A DNA stretch of 64,000 nucleotides from Podarcis pityusensis (lineage: Eukaryota). The first letter of the stretch is position 1. Each line of letters begins with the position of its first letter. The stretch lies in NCBI GenBank assembly GCA_964106645.2, contig OZ067043.1. One strand, given 5' to 3'. Shown here one piece after another: positions 36,007 through 49,493 of this stretch. The notes beneath the pieces are model-generated. The model made no database searches, was not told the origin of the DNA, and saw only the letters and a program-made list of their open reading frames with translations. The translations under genes and the position numbers were made by a program.

Positions 36007-37694
36007 GTTTGATGAGTATGCTGCCCACTTTCTTTTAGGTTTTATGGATCTGTACAAAAGAGCAATGAATTTTCCTTCAGAAGACTAGCTTGATATTGCG
36101 ATGCACTGGATATTGTAATGCACTTTGTATTCATTATTACTTCCAGCTTAATAAATAACTAAATTAGCAATTGTTTAAAATTGATAATTGGGAATACATC
36201 AAGGGGTTGCATGGCCACTTCTGCAGTCACAGAGCTTCCTCTGCCCCTACTGCTAACAAATTGGTTACTATTCTTACTACTGACACCAGTGTTTATTAGA
36301 GGAGCAGGAACTGTCTTGGACTGAATTCATTACTCAATCTTCTGTCACTCCACTTAACAAGTGGCTGGTACTATTAGACTTGATTCATCCAAAAGTCTAG
36401 CATTACATTCAGAAGAAGTGAGTATTTACTGCATGTGCACCTAGATGCTGGATATTTGGATTCCCCCTCCTGCAGGCTGAAGATGGAGATGGCTGAATCA
36501 AGGTATGAGTAACATTACAGAAAGATTTGTACTGCAAAATTGATATCTGCAAGGTATTTTGGGGGTGAATCTCTGCCTCTGTCATGTGGGTTATACAGAT
36601 TTTTAAAAATCATTTCTGTGAGAAGCAAAAGTACCTACATATGATTCTGAATTTGTCTTGGTTACTATGACTGGGTAACTAAGCGGTGGGAAACTAATGG
36701 GTGATTAGAGGCTTAACAAAAGAATATTGGCATACCTTGCTGGTTGAAAATCTCTTCTTTATAAAGCGCTCCCTCTTTTGGCCTTTTTGGGCGGCGGGGG
36801 GGGGGGCCTTCCTGTAGAAGGGACAGAGAAGCAGTTTGCAGCAAGTGTGGGCATGCAAAGGTTCAAATAGAACTGGTCGTTTTTTTAGTTGGAATTTGTT
36901 AAATGTGAGCCACCCTTTAAATACACTTGGTTTCTTTGAATACCGGATGCATGACTGGTGGTTAAGCTATCTGCCGCAGGAGTGTGATCCCAATGTGCTC
37001 TATTTGTAGAACTGTAATTTCTTTTAAAAAATCATTACAAACACATCTTAAGACTTCAGTGTTCCTCTGCCATCCAAAGGAAACAAAATCCTGCAACGCC
37101 AGCCCTTGGGGAACATGTAACTATATTTTATACTAACTAATCGTTTTAGCTTTTCCTGCCCTTAATTTCTTTGAGCTGAACTGTACAGGGATTCTACTTT
37201 GTTTGTGTACACCTGTACCATTTCCTCAGAGGCCCTTTTGTGTTTGCTTTAATCAAGCACTGTTTATTAGATAACTGTCTTCCCGTGCTTGATCAACACA
37301 AAAGAGCACAATTCCCTTGACAGCGCATTAAATTGGTCTGAGGGGAAATGGGAAGAGCTGCGTGCCATTGGAATGCCAAGCCTTGCTGTGCAGGAGAAGA
37401 GGAGATTATTGACACAACCTGTTGGGTTGCTCTGGAAGGAATGCCAAGTGGAGGGACGGGAGGTATCAGTGAAATTAGAATCCATATAAATGAAAAATTC
37501 TAGTATCAAAACTCATTTGATTAAAGAGAAGAGTTAAAGCATTAACAAATTGCTTCATGTAGTACCACAAAGCTTCAAAACTGTCAATTGTGGAAACACC
37601 CTTAATCTCCATGCCATGAAGGCAATAAGTATGTTCTACCAACAGATATATTGTGCTTGCTTACAATTTAGTTTCACCGTACCCACATTTTCTC

Positions 37695-38152
37695 GGCCGC
37701 CGAGACCATATATCTTGAAAGACCTACACTGGCTCCCAGTACATTTCCGAGCACAATTCAAAGTGTTGGTGCTGACCTTTAAAGCCCTAAACGGCCTCGG
37801 CCCAGTATACCTGAAGGAGCGTCTCCACCCCCATCGTTCTGCCCGGACACTGAGGTCCAGTGCTGAGGGCCTTCTGGCAATTCCCTCGCTGCGAGAAGCC
37901 AAGTTACAGGGAACCAGGCAGAGGGCCTTCTCGATAGTGGCACCCACCCTGAGGAATGCCCTCCCACCAGATGTCAAAGAGAAAAACAACTACCAGACCT
38001 TTAGAAGACATCTGAAGGCAGCCTGGTTTAGGGAAGCTTTTAATGTTTAATAGGTTATTGTATTTTAATATTCTGTTGTAAGCTTCCCAGAGTAGCAGGG
38101 GATACCCAGCCAGATGGGTGGGGTATAAATAATAAGTTGTTGTTGTTGTTGT
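37695..38152 (+). mobile_element. L2 LINE 3' fragment
   Basis: LKDLHWLPVHFRAQFKVLVLTFKALNGLGPVYLKERL..RAFSIVAPTLRNALP..FRRHLKA; 3' UTR ending in (GTT)n. Confidence 0.93.
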
Positions 38153-38772
38153 TTTCTCTTGGTCTTTCAATTCCAGTCCTCCTGTCCACAGATTAGGGAA
38201 CACCCATGCCAGGGTCACTGCTATATTAACATTTAATAAGATATATGCTTTTAAATTCACAACGCCCACATCTGATAACCAACTTTTCACAGCTTTTCTT
38301 AAGCTGCAAATCACAGCCCCATGGATGTTTAACAACTTGGTTTGCTGTGGCTATACATTTATAAACCATCTAATTCTGACAACTGTTGTGCCAGAAGCTT
38401 CTCTATGTTTTCAGCTGCAAACTTGTACATGTTTAACCAAAAACACGAAGAGCAAAGTAACTATTCCAGAGTATCAGACCATCAAATTTCTGATGTTTAA
38501 ACCCACTCTGCTTGAAAATTCTAAAGGTGTAATCAATTCATTCAAGAGTCAACCTCTTGCAAAAGCCAATTCTTTGCACGTTTAGACACAAAACTTGCCT
38601 CCTTTTTTTTGTCACCCCATCTTTACCCCGTGATACCATCTTTACCCCCAATGTCCATCCAACTTTTTTGTTTGTGTCACAAGAATGGTCAGGCTCCATA
38701 AGGATTAGGAATGGAGGTTGTCTTACTTTTCCACCTTAAGTATACTTCTTGTGAGCTTAAATATAGTATGAG

Positions 38773-38949
38773 CAGTGTTTTTTTTTCCTTGGGGGATGCA
38801 GGAGTACGCATACCCCTAAACATTTTGTGAATCTTTGTACTTTTGTCCATTTACTGTATTTATTTTCCCCGATTTGAACTATAAAATGGTGATTTTCTTG
38901 AGTCAAAATGAGAGTATGCCTAAACATTTTTTTTTAGAAAAAAGCACTG
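38773..38949. mobile_element. hAT MITE with perfect 8-bp TSD
   Basis: TSD AGTATGAG at 38765-38772 and 38950-38957; TIR CAGTGTTTTTT/AAAAAGCACTG. Confidence 0.92.
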
Positions 38950-40348
38950 AGTATGAGATTAGTAAAGCAGCTTTCTACCTTCCTACTGGAAAATGCTAGT
39001 TTTTTTGTCCTTGAAGAAGCTATGCAAACTGTATCATAGCTCATCACTATGCACTTTGTCATTTCTGATATTTAGAAAACGATGCATGTTATTGTACTTT
39101 ACAGCATTTCAAAAAGCTATCACATGCGAATTGCCTTGGTTGTGAAAGCATTCTGACAGCTCAACACAAGTCAAAGCATTTGGTTTTAAACTAGTTGGCA
39201 CCTTGGCCCTGTACCTCTCATTATACTATTTATTGATATCTGATATGCCATGGAAAGGTGGTTCATATCTGGCTTTGGCTTATGTCTTTTTAAGAAGTGA
39301 TGGTTTGTATCCAACATTATTCATACTCCAGATAGACTCACTGAAACGAATGCATGTGAGTGGAATAGGACCACCCCCTCCCCAATTCCCGAAACTGTAA
39401 TATGCTTGAATGGTTTTTAATTCTGAATTTTAAATTAGGGTAACCCACACTGGGGCATGCTGTAATGAATTTAACAGCAACCATCCTCAATTTTTACAGG
39501 TCTACTTTAAGTAAATCTTTGTTGGAGAAAACCCGATCAATCATATCAATCGATGCTGTGTTTTGATTGATACTGGGCATTTCACAACAAATTCAACATG
39601 TTGTAATGTTTGTAAAATTCATTTGAACTGTTTGGAGTGCTAAAATGTTTTGAAATGAATTTGGCCAAGATGGTTTGTTGTACTAGTGCTTTGATATTGT
39701 ACTGATGCATTGCTACTTTTCTAGCTGTTTGAGGCTTATTTATGTGGAAAAGCATAACAACAATAAATAATACATGGCAAAGAGCAGCTTGTGATAATAC
39801 AGCAACCCAGCACTGGCAGCACCATCCTGGGCAAGCCAAATGGATCAATATCCACCCAGCTGTGCCAGCTATCAACTGCAATCCTCATATAACATGTTGA
39901 AACCATATATTATGGCAGAACCAATATATCTGGCTGCGTGGTAGTATAGAAAGGAGATGACATTCTTTGTTTTATTTTTCTAGTCTTAATGTGTCTGTTC
40001 TCTAGTGAACAACTCTGTTTTTTCTTTCTTTCTTTGCAAATTATAAGTAACAAGGGTTGTTATTGCTTGTTTCCAAGACCCAAAGTGTAGCATTTCACTG
40101 TAGCTGATGTTAGAATTGATTTGTGGAAGCAGCTGTTTGATTTTTATTTATTTAATTTATTAAATTTATATACCACCCTACATCCAAGGATCATAGAACA
40201 GTTTGCAATGTAGAAACACAAACAAACCACTTAAACCCCAGCTTAAAATGCTACAGATTGTTTAATTAGCCAAAGACCCAGGAGAAGAGGAATGTTTTTG
40301 CCTGGCTCCTAAAGATATGCGTCAAAGGTGCCAGGGGACCCTCCCTTT

Positions 40349-40594
40349 GAAGAAGAAGAAGAAGAGTTTGGATTTTAAATCCCGCTTTATCACTACCCTA
40401 AGGAGTCTCAAGGCGGCTAACAATCTCCTTTTCCCTTCCTCCCCCACAACAAACACTCTGTGAGGTGAGTGAGGCTGAGAGGCTTCAGAGAAGTGTGACT
40501 AGCCCAAGGTCACCCAGCAGCTGCATGTGGAGTAGCAGGGAATGAAACCCGGTTCACCAGATTACGAGTCCACTGCTCTTAACCACTACACCAC
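40349..40594 (-). mobile_element. CORE-type SINE (Squam3-like) with (CTT)n tail
   Basis: Minus head TGGTGTAGTGGTTAAGAGC..CCGGGTTTCATTCCC..GGGTGACCTTGGGCTAGTCAC; L2 sequence resumes on both sides. Confidence 0.9.
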
Positions 40595-41627
40595 AGAGCA
40601 TTCCACAAGTGGGAAGACACTGCAGAAAAGGCCCATTCTCCTGTTGCTACACTCTGGACCTCTTGTAGAGGGGCCTCAGATGATGAGCCCAGAGACCAGG
40701 TAGGTTCATCTGGGGAGAAGTGGTCCTTGAGGTCCTGAGCTGTTTAAGACACTATAGGTCAAAACCAGCACTTTGAATTGGGCTCAGAAACTGACTGGCT
40801 GTCAGCGCACTCAGGCCAGGATTGGTGTTATATGTCCAAACTTTCTTGCCCTGGCGAGCAACCTGGCCACTGAATTCTGCACCAGCTGAAGTTTCCAAAC
40901 TATATCCAGAGGCAGCCCCAAGTATAATGCATTGCAGTATTCCAACCTAGAGGTTACCAGAGGATAGATGGCAGACGTTAGCCTACCCCTGTCCAGATAG
41001 GGGCACAGCTGAGGCACTCAACGCCACCGAGGCACCTGAGCCTCAGGCAACAGCAAAGGATCCAGAAGTACCCCAAGCTGTGTACCTGCTCCTTCAGAAG
41101 GAGTGTAACCCCATCAAGAGCAGCTCACCGCCCATCCATCCAGTTTAGGGAACCAGCCACTAGCAGTGCCTCAGCCTTATCTGGATTAAGCTTTCATTTA
41201 TTGGCTCTCATCCAGTCCATTACCAAGGCAAGAGAATGGTCCAGCACATCCCCTGCCATGTCTGCAGATGTAAAGGAGAAGTAGAGCTGTATGTCACCAG
41301 CATGCTGCTGACAACATACTCCAAAGTTTTGGATGACCCCCCTCAGAGGTTTCCTGTAGATGTTAAACATCACGAGAGATAAAATCAAACCCTGAGGAAA
41401 TGCACACTGAAGTATCCATGGGGGTGAAGAGCACTCCCTAAGCATCACCCTCTGGAAACAACCATCCAAGTAGGACTGGAAACACCACAAAGTGATACCA
41501 CCACTCCTAGGACAGTTGCTCCAGAAGGATACTATGGTTGATGATATCGAAAGCTGCTGAGAGGCTGAGGAGAATTAACAAGGGCACATTTATCCTGTCT
41601 CTCTCCCAACAGAGGTCACCAAACAGG

Positions 41628-41885
41628 CACTGGTGGAGGAAGAGGAGTGGGGGGGGAGCGCACCGCCCCCTGCAGCGTGATCCTGGTGGGGTGCCATTGC
41701 GGCTGCCCCCCCCACTGGGCACCACGCCCCTTCAGGCGGTGTGCCCCACCCCCAGGATGCACACCACGCCCCTGCGGACGGCATGTCACGCCCCCCCGGA
41801 CACGCGTCACGCCCCTGGGATGTGCTCCAGCCCCGCCCCGCCTGCTCTCCGCCCCCCGGTGCTGGAGCATGAAGCTCGGCCACTG
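41628..41885. mobile_element. GC-rich hAT MITE with 8-bp TSD
   Basis: TSD CAAACAGG at 41620-41627 and 41886-41893; ends CACTGG../..GGCCACTG; internal CACGCCCC repeats. Confidence 0.85.
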
Positions 41886-43023
41886 CAAACAGGGTGACTA
41901 AAATAGTTTCTGTGCCAAATCCCAGACTGAAATAGATCTAGAAAACCTTTTTCCTCCAAGAGCCCCTCAATCTGATTCTAAGGAACTTGGGATGTATCCA
42001 ATGAAGTTGTCCTGTCCACACAAGGACTTCTGCTTACAGAACAGAATTTCCTCTCTCCATGCCCCACAATTTCTCTCTCTCTCTCTCTATGTCTCTCTCT
42101 CTCTCTTTCTCTCCCTGTTCATATCTCGACTGTTACTGCAGAGAAGGTTTCACCTCTGGCAGCCATCCAGCTGAACACCAAAGATCCAGGGATTCAGATA
42201 AGTTCCCAAAATTTGGGTAGGTCTGTATAGGAGCAGGTGGTCCTTGAGCAAATGCTTTACACTGCCTGAATAACATGTCTTAGTTTAGAGATGGGTGTCT
42301 CCAACAGAGACCCTTGGTCTCAACTTGTTGAATGCTCTTTATGGATAACCACTACAAGTCTGGAATACCAAAAGTCTCGAACTAGCTGTTGAAATCTCTA
42401 AAATGACTGGCTGCTCAAATACTGCAGGAAGATCAACTGGTAAATACTCATCTCCCTGTCCCTCTTCGGACAGTTACTCATGGCTGGTCTGCACAACAGC
42501 TCTCTCTCCTGATCACTTGAAATGGCATTAGTCCTGGTGCAGTCCTTTTGATCTGAATCACTGAATGCTCAAGGGCTCTTATCCACTTATGGCAGAGCTA
42601 TACCACTGTATTAAATTCCAAAGATGTTTCTTTTTCTAGACTGAGCCTGAATTGGTTTCTAAGCTTTTAGCCTAAATGATAGGATGGCAGAGAGAGCAAT
42701 CGGAGGAAAACACCATCTCTCCAGAGAATCACAAATTACAAATAGGATTACAGTTCCCAAGTGATGCTCCCTCTCTAATACACATTAAACAGTGTGAAAT
42801 GCAGCTATTTGACTTCTCTTCAGTCCCAAAATAAAGTGAATAAAATACACTTATATACTGTGAACTTTTCACACTCCATTTTCCCATATAAATAAATACT
42901 ATTCCTCTTGGAAGTGGTCAGAGCAACCATGCTGAAGATGTGCAACACCTAGCCCATAATGCAATTTGTGAGGACTCTTTAAAAACCACCTGTCATTAAA
43001 ACATCATATTTCTAGTGCACTTA

Positions 43024-43380
43024 AAGGTAAATAAAGGACCCCTGACAGTTAAGTCCAGTCGCGAATGACTTTGGGGTTGCGGCTCTCATCTCACTTTACT
43101 GGCCAAGGGAGCCGACTTTTGTCTGCAGACATGTGGCCAGCATGTCTAAGCCGCTTCTAGTGAAACCAGAGTAGCACATGGAAACGTCGTTTACCTTCCT
43201 GCCGGAGTGGTACCTATTTACTGTATCTACTTGCACTTTGACGTGCTTTCGAACTGCTAGGTTGGCAGGAGCAGGGACCGAGCAATGGGAGCTCACCCCC
43301 TTGCAGGGATTTGAACAGCCGACCTTCCGATCAGCAAGCCCTAGGCTCAGTGGTTTAGACCACGGCGCCACTCTCGTCAC
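43024..43380 (-). mobile_element. Sauria SINE, full length with 13-bp TSD
   Basis: TSD TCTAGTGCACTTA at 43011-43023 and 43381-43393; tRNA head, GCAGTTCGAAAGCAC core, (ACCTTT)-like tail. Confidence 0.95.
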
Positions 43381-44224
43381 TCTAGTGCACTTATTACAAG
43401 GTAAAACCTAAAAGTACATCACAGTGTATGAATGGTATCCAACTAACTTGCTCCTTCAGTGAAACCATTTCTCCTATGTGCACTCTGTGCCCTCCTCAAA
43501 TCTGCTCCAGAGAGTAGGGGGGGAACCCAGAACAGATTAAGTTGGCATGTGAGGATAAGAGAGGAGGGAAAATTCCCCTGCACATGCTGAAACCCCTTGC
43601 AATGATTGAATGAGTTAGTTAGATACTGCCCCATGCCATTTGTAAGGGCCCAGTGCTTTCCAGTAGCATCAGAGCTTTTGGTGGTCAAGCAGCATGGCTA
43701 GGTTTTTCCAAAGGAGGAAATCAGGCAGAGCAACCATCTTCTTGAGGAATGCAGACAGCTATAGTCTGTTCCAAAAATTAGTTCAACCAGACACAATGGC
43801 AGAGAGAGGATTGGGTAACAAGGCTACTGGACCAAGAAACAGAGATGAGGGCAGCAGAGTTGCAGTGAAGTATTGAGTCTTAGCTACACACAGCAAATGT
43901 TCTGTACCCCCAGGCAAAGTCTGCCAGCAGAATGAGGATACAGAAGCAGAGAAAGGCACTGATAGGCAGAAAATTGATGAAGCCCCTTGGGGTCCAGAAG
44001 TTCTCTTGTTTTCAAGGAGGAGAACAATGCTCTAGATCAGTTTCCATGGTTGAGCTTTGACACTGATGTAAAGCCCCAGAAACCAAGAAGCACATAAAAA
44101 GACAAATGGGAAACCCCTGTAAATAACAGCATTAGGTTTATAAGAGCTGTCAACTCACATGTCAATCTGTCCAAGAGTTTAAATTTTCATAAGTGGGACT
44201 TCTCTAAGTGACTCCCCTGCCCCC

Positions 44225-44530
44225 ATCAAAGTTGAGGTGGGCCTTTTCAGTGATGGCACCTCTGCATATGAAATGCCTTCCCCAAAGAGTTCTGCCTGGT
44301 GCCTTTATAGTTAAGCATAAGGCACCAGGTTAAATCCTATTTATTTGTCCAAGCTGTTAATGAATATTGACTCTGATTTTACCAAAAAGGGGGCACACAT
44401 TGTTAGACTGGTTTTCCCCTGCTGTTTTAACTGTTGCTCACTTGTGTCTTATTGTGTCTTGTGTTTATTTGTTGTTTACTTGCTTAAAGCTTTTGTATAC
44501 TGCCTACTGTCACAAGTGATTTCAAAGTAG
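44225..44530 (+). mobile_element. Decayed L2 3' fragment
   Basis: GGGCCTTTTCAGTGATGGCACC..GAAATGCCTTCCC (RAFSV.AP..WN.LP). Confidence 0.55.
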
Positions 44531-45920
44531 TTTACACATATCAATAATAAAACCCCACAAATCATGAAGCATAATTAAAACATCAACTTTAAAATAATTA
44601 TAACCCACACAAATACACCAAGGGAGACAGAGGCTGAAAATAATATAGACAGTTTCTAAATGCTTGGGGAAAGAGGAATAATCTTACTCTGCAGTTAAAT
44701 TCCATCAAAGTCATGGCCATTGTTGTTTCAGCAGCTGTTGCCTTCACTTATTACGTCCTTTATTATTACTGTTTTTACTGCATAATGCTACTTTGAACTT
44801 GTGGTTTGCTTTTTAAATCTAATTTTATTTTCTATTCTGCCTTTATTTTTGTTGACCCCCCCACTGTATGTCATTTTGGATACTTAAAGCTTATCAATTT
44901 TTGAAACAAACAAGCAAATAAACCAATAATAAAATCTTACCCCCCCCCCAGACAATCTCATGATTGTCTCCCATAAATTTGAAACCCGTGTATATTAAAG
45001 TTCACAAACAAACCAGTTGTCAAAAGTTAGGGACACAATTGGACATGGACGCATGTTTAAGGCTCCTATGTGTTTCTCAATATGTTTTGCGGAATGCCAT
45101 TTGAAATCCAAATTGTATCTGTGTCTATGATCAGCGTAAACTGTTTATCCCTTTTGGTGGTAGCAGCAGACAGGTTTTCTGCACAGGCATAAGGACCCAC
45201 ACAAGCACAGGAACAATCAGTCCCCATGTGTTGCACATGGGAATTGAGTACATGAGCTGAAGATTAGCTCCAAAATCTCCCTGCAAGAACTGCCATCATG
45301 GCTGAATTTATTTCTATGCTTTCCCAAATTATGCTCAAAACAGCTCACAAGAACAGTAAACAAATCCTCAATATGTAGGTATGGCAGAAACATTGACATA
45401 TTTATGACTAACACTTCATAAGATAGTATTTATAACCCCATCGGCAAGCTAACAAACATTACAGTTGAAATTTCCCTGAATGCAATGAAGAGCAATTCTT
45501 TCTCTCTCTATAGTACTTGCACTTGTCTGTCATCATGCTGTAGTTTGTGCGGCTGTCGACAGTTGGCAGTAGCCCTGTGAACTACCACATGATGACAGTT
45601 TGGGAGAGGAGGCTGTAGTGAGGAAGTGCCACTAAAGGAGGTTGCCACAGCTCAGCTGAGAGGATGGGCAGGAGAACCTTTGTGGGGCTGCCCCATGGAG
45701 GCCACATTTTGAGGAGGCAGGATGGATCAAAGCTGACCAGAGATGGCCAGCAAACAGGGTGCTGGTTAGAAGGGCTTGCAGGGCAGCATAAAAACAAGTT
45801 TTGAAATTTATCAAATGAACAAGCATCTAAATTTGAGGCCCCTTTGAGCTTAGGCCCTGAGACAAATGCTCCCTCCCGCATTAACCTTGCCTCCACTTCT
45901 TCCTATAAGATTCACCAAAT

Positions 45921-46233
45921 GATAGACTTGTAGAGTTGGAAGGGACTCTGAGGGTCATCTAGTCCAACTCCCTGCAATGCAGGAATCTCAACTAAAGCAT
46001 CCATGACAGGTGGCCATGCAACCTCTGCTTAAAAACCTCCAATGCCAGAGTGTCCACAACCTCCCGAGGAAGTCCATTCCACTGTTGGACAGTTCTTACT
46101 GTCAGAAACGTCTTCCTGATGTTTAGTTGAAACTTGAATCCATTGGTTTGGGACCTAGCCTCCAGAGCAGGAGGAAATAATCTTTCTCCATCTTCCATGT
46201 GACAGCCCTTTAGATATTTGTAAATGGCTATCA
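45921..46233 (-). mobile_element. CR1 3' end (same subfamily as 34884-36006)
   Basis: IAIYKYLKGCHMEDGERLF..FLTVRTVQQWNGLPREVV..FKQRL; 3' UTR GAGATTCCTGCATTGCAG..GACTAGATGACCC. Confidence 0.92.
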
Positions 46234-46252
46234 ATGGGGTGCTTTTTATATA

Positions 46253-46492
46253 CAGTGATACCTCTAGTTACAAACTTAATTCATTCTGGAGGTCCGTTCT
46301 TAACCTGAAACTGTTCTTAACTAGAGGCGTGCTTTCACTAATGAGGCCTCTTGCTGCTGCTGCACCGCCGGCACACGATTTCCATTCTCATCTTGGGGCA
46401 AAGTACTCAACTCGAGGTAACTCTTCCAGTTAGCAGAGTTTGTAACCTGAAGTGTATGTAACCTGAGGCGGTTGTAAGTAGAGGTTCTACCA
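46253..46492. mobile_element. Tc1/mariner (Tigger-like) MITE
   Basis: TA-CAGTGATACCTC.. left TIR; degenerate right end; same family as 49061 and 51537. Confidence 0.85.
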
Positions 46493-46571
46493 TATATGCC
46501 ATGTTAAATGGTAAAAAAAATGGGCCATTGAGATTTCACAAAAAGGTCATTAGTAACTTAAAAAAAAAACA

Positions 46572-46900
46572 ACTTACCAGACTGTCTCCAGGAAAGGCAA
46601 ATCCAGATTTGATTCCAATGACCATCCTCAGAAGCTTGGGAAGGAGCTGGTGGCCCAGGAAAGGGCATTCTCCATGGTAGCCCCTAAGTGGTGGAACTCC
46701 CTCCACACAGAGGTGGTTCTGGCACCTTCATTATACAGTTTTTGGCAAATGCTGGAGATCCACCTCTTTACTCTGACTTCTGACACTTGAGAAATGTATT
46801 TTTAGGACCCATCTTATTTTTTTGTAATTTTAAATTGCTCCTGTTTTAAATATTGTGTGGTGTTGTATTTCAACATTTATGTGTTTTAATTGTAACCTGT
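46572..46900 (+). mobile_element. Decayed L2 3' fragment
   Basis: AGGGCATTCTCCATGGTAGCCCCTAAGTGGTGGAACTCCCTCC (RAFSMVAPKWWNSL)..CACCTCTTT. Confidence 0.7.
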
Positions 46901-47814
46901 CCAGCAACCTTCCACATTAGACACCCACCTGGAAAGATCCCCAGTCATATGGCATTCAAAGAAAGGAAAAACTCTAGTAAGGTCACTGAAAGATGTTCCC
47001 TTATGTGTCCAACCTAACTCTATCCACTGAGATATTTGTTTTGCTGCAAATTTATTGCATCAGGCCATGTGAACTTAGAAAACTGGATTTCACAGATTTA
47101 ATTTTCACTGCACTTAGAATCCTGGTCAGAGGTTTTCTTTGCTCTCTGGTACTCCTATCCCCCCCCCCCCCATTTCATATTCATTTGTTTTCAGAGTGTT
47201 GGGGAGGGCACCAAGACCTCACTGCAGAAGGCTACACTGTTATTACTCAGGTAAAGCAAAACATTTTCTGGGACATTATTAGCTCTTATTTGCTAATGGA
47301 TTAAAGGGCTTTAATGAGCTACTGGGGGCCTGGTGAAACAGCTCTTGCTAATGGGCCTCCTACTCTTAGCTGGGGGTTGTTTATTCTCATTCTGTACTTT
47401 GGGCAAGGAGAGGGGAGGTCAGTGGGTGTCATGCTGATTGATGCATTTAAGCTACTCCTCCTATGCCTAATGATAAGGACAGCAGTTTTCCTTTTACTTC
47501 TGTTTCCTGCCTTACAAAAGGTACCCATGTATTCTGCTCAGTGCTCAAGATGCAGCTGGATAAGTGCTGACTTTTCTTTCTTTCTTTAAAAACACATCTC
47601 CATGTGATTGGGCAAAAGCTTGAAATTATAGCCTTTTATTTTTTTAAACTTTAAATATCTGTATGGCACCTTCCATACCAACCCAAAGCAGATTACAGTC
47701 TTAAATGGATCACCAGTAAACAAAATGTGAAAGATAATTTCCACTCGTCTCAACGTAAATTACAGCACAATCCTAACCATGCCTACTCTGAAGTAAGTCC
47801 TACTAAAGGTGAAT

Positions 47815-48430
47815 GTTTAAAATCTTAGGAGGAATCTGTATAGAATTTGAAAAACACCTTTATGGCTATCTCCCATTGAAACAATTACAATAGAGAGAGT
47901 TAATATGGACGGACAATGGTCGACTTACAGGGAACTGCTGAATTTTACAGGTGGGGTGGGGAGCCAAAACTGAAACCAATGGAAAACTTAAGGAGCCAGG
48001 TTGGTTGCAATATCACCAGTTCCACGACATGTTTAAATTGGATAGAAAGAATGGATTTCTGGACCAAAGCTCACAATTTGAAAAAAGAACTCTTACAAAA
48101 TAAGGATAAAGTTTTGTTTAAAATGTATAATTTTTTACTAGAATGGGAAACAAAAGACAAGCTTGTTAAAACTTCATTGACACACTGAGCAATAGATATA
48201 GGAAACAATATAGACCTCAACCTCAACAGAGTAAATAATTCTTGATGGCTGTAAAAGTGGAAAACTGATTTGAATGGTTATAGTAACATATGCAGGGATG
48301 TATGATATGCAAAATGAACCATGGAAAGAGAAGAAGGGAAGTCATTGGATATTTTAAAGTTTGTAAAATGTTTATTTGGAAATGTAAAATTGAAAATTTA
48401 ATAAAAAATATTAAGAGAGGATTAAAAAAA
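47815..48430 (+). mobile_element. L1 LINE fragment (late ORF2 plus 3' UTR, internally deleted)
   Basis: WLQYHQ and KMYNFLLEWETKD.LVK..W(stop)AIDIG lizard-type L1 ORF2 motifs; AATAAA and A-rich tail at ~48400-48430. Confidence 0.75.
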
Positions 48431-49060
48431 TATTGATGAAATTGTTTCATTGAGTATTTTAATTTTGTGTGTTTTGTAACTGGTTTCATACTTGTAAGGC
48501 ACCTAGAAGTCAATTTTGGCCATTAAGTAGTTCATACGTTGTTGTTGTTGGCCTACTCCTGGGCCAGTGAGGTTAAGGGCTGCAGCTTTAATATGCACAG
48601 ATCAATTGCTTGAATTGTGGATGCAAAAATATGGGAAGCCTTATTGGAGTCTACAAGTCCCACCACACTCACCCCAATCTAGCTAAATCATTGTCTTCAT
48701 GTCCTTTAGAACATGGGCCAATAAACAAAGTAAGAAGCAGCAGTGGGGATGTCCATTAGTTTGTGGGGATGAACCACTCACCTGACCCAGCTGAGTCAGT
48801 GTGGGATACCTGGAGACAGAGAGAGGTGATGAGTTCAACACAGTGCCAAAACGCAAAAAAGATCCACTCCACTGTTCCTGCTGGTGTCTTTGTATTGCAG
48901 TGGCCTCCCCACCACCATAATTCCTCTCCATTTCCCTCCTGGTATGCTGCAATGACTCAGCTGGACAGAAGTCAGATAAGCAGAGCATCTCCATCTTGCC
49001 ATTCACAGATGCTCTGCAATGTAAGCATAGCAAAGAACTTCTTGAAACTCTATGTCTCTA

Positions 49061-49290
49061 CAGTGGTACCTCTGGTTACGAACTTAATTTGTTCCGGAGG
49101 TCCGTTCTTAACCTGAAACTGTTCTTAACCTGAGCTAATGGGGCCTCCTGCTGCCACCATGCCACTGCTGTGCGATTTATATTCTCATCCTGGGCCAAAG
49201 TTCTTAACCCAATGTACTACTTCTGGGTTAGCGGAGTCTGTAACCCGAAGTGTTTGTAACCAAAGGTGTTTGTAACCAGAGGTACCACTG
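49061..49290. mobile_element. Tc1/mariner (Tigger-like) MITE
   Basis: TIR CAGTGGTACCTCTGGTTAC / GTAACCAGAGGTACCACTG flanked by TA. Confidence 0.93.
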
Positions 49291-49481
49291 TACTACTCCA
49301 GGATGTCTGTACCAGCACCATCTTTTTCTCTCACCCTCATTGCATAAGTATTTAAAACATTCATCAACCACTTTTTAAGGAGAAACAGCAACAAAATCTC
49401 TTCACAATAACCACCTGTACTTGCATCCATAATTCATTGTACCTCCAAAATATTTTTTCTACGGCCAAAACAAAAACAGAA

Positions 49482-49493
49482 ATAATAATAATA

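Larger units (their letters stand above)
40141..41990 (-). mobile_element. Older L2 LINE (RT region plus 3' end), interrupted by a SINE and a hAT MITE
   Basis: Minus ORF pieces LLILLSLSAAFDIINH, FPQGLILSLVMFNIY..HAGDIQLY and LVTSRLEYCNALYLGLP..KLQLVQNSVARLL..HITPIL. Confidence 0.9.

Noticed and set aside
41507-41901. Cluster of overlapping Pro/Gly/Arg-rich ORFs
   Set aside because: Artefact of the stop-poor GC-rich MITE inserted in L2.
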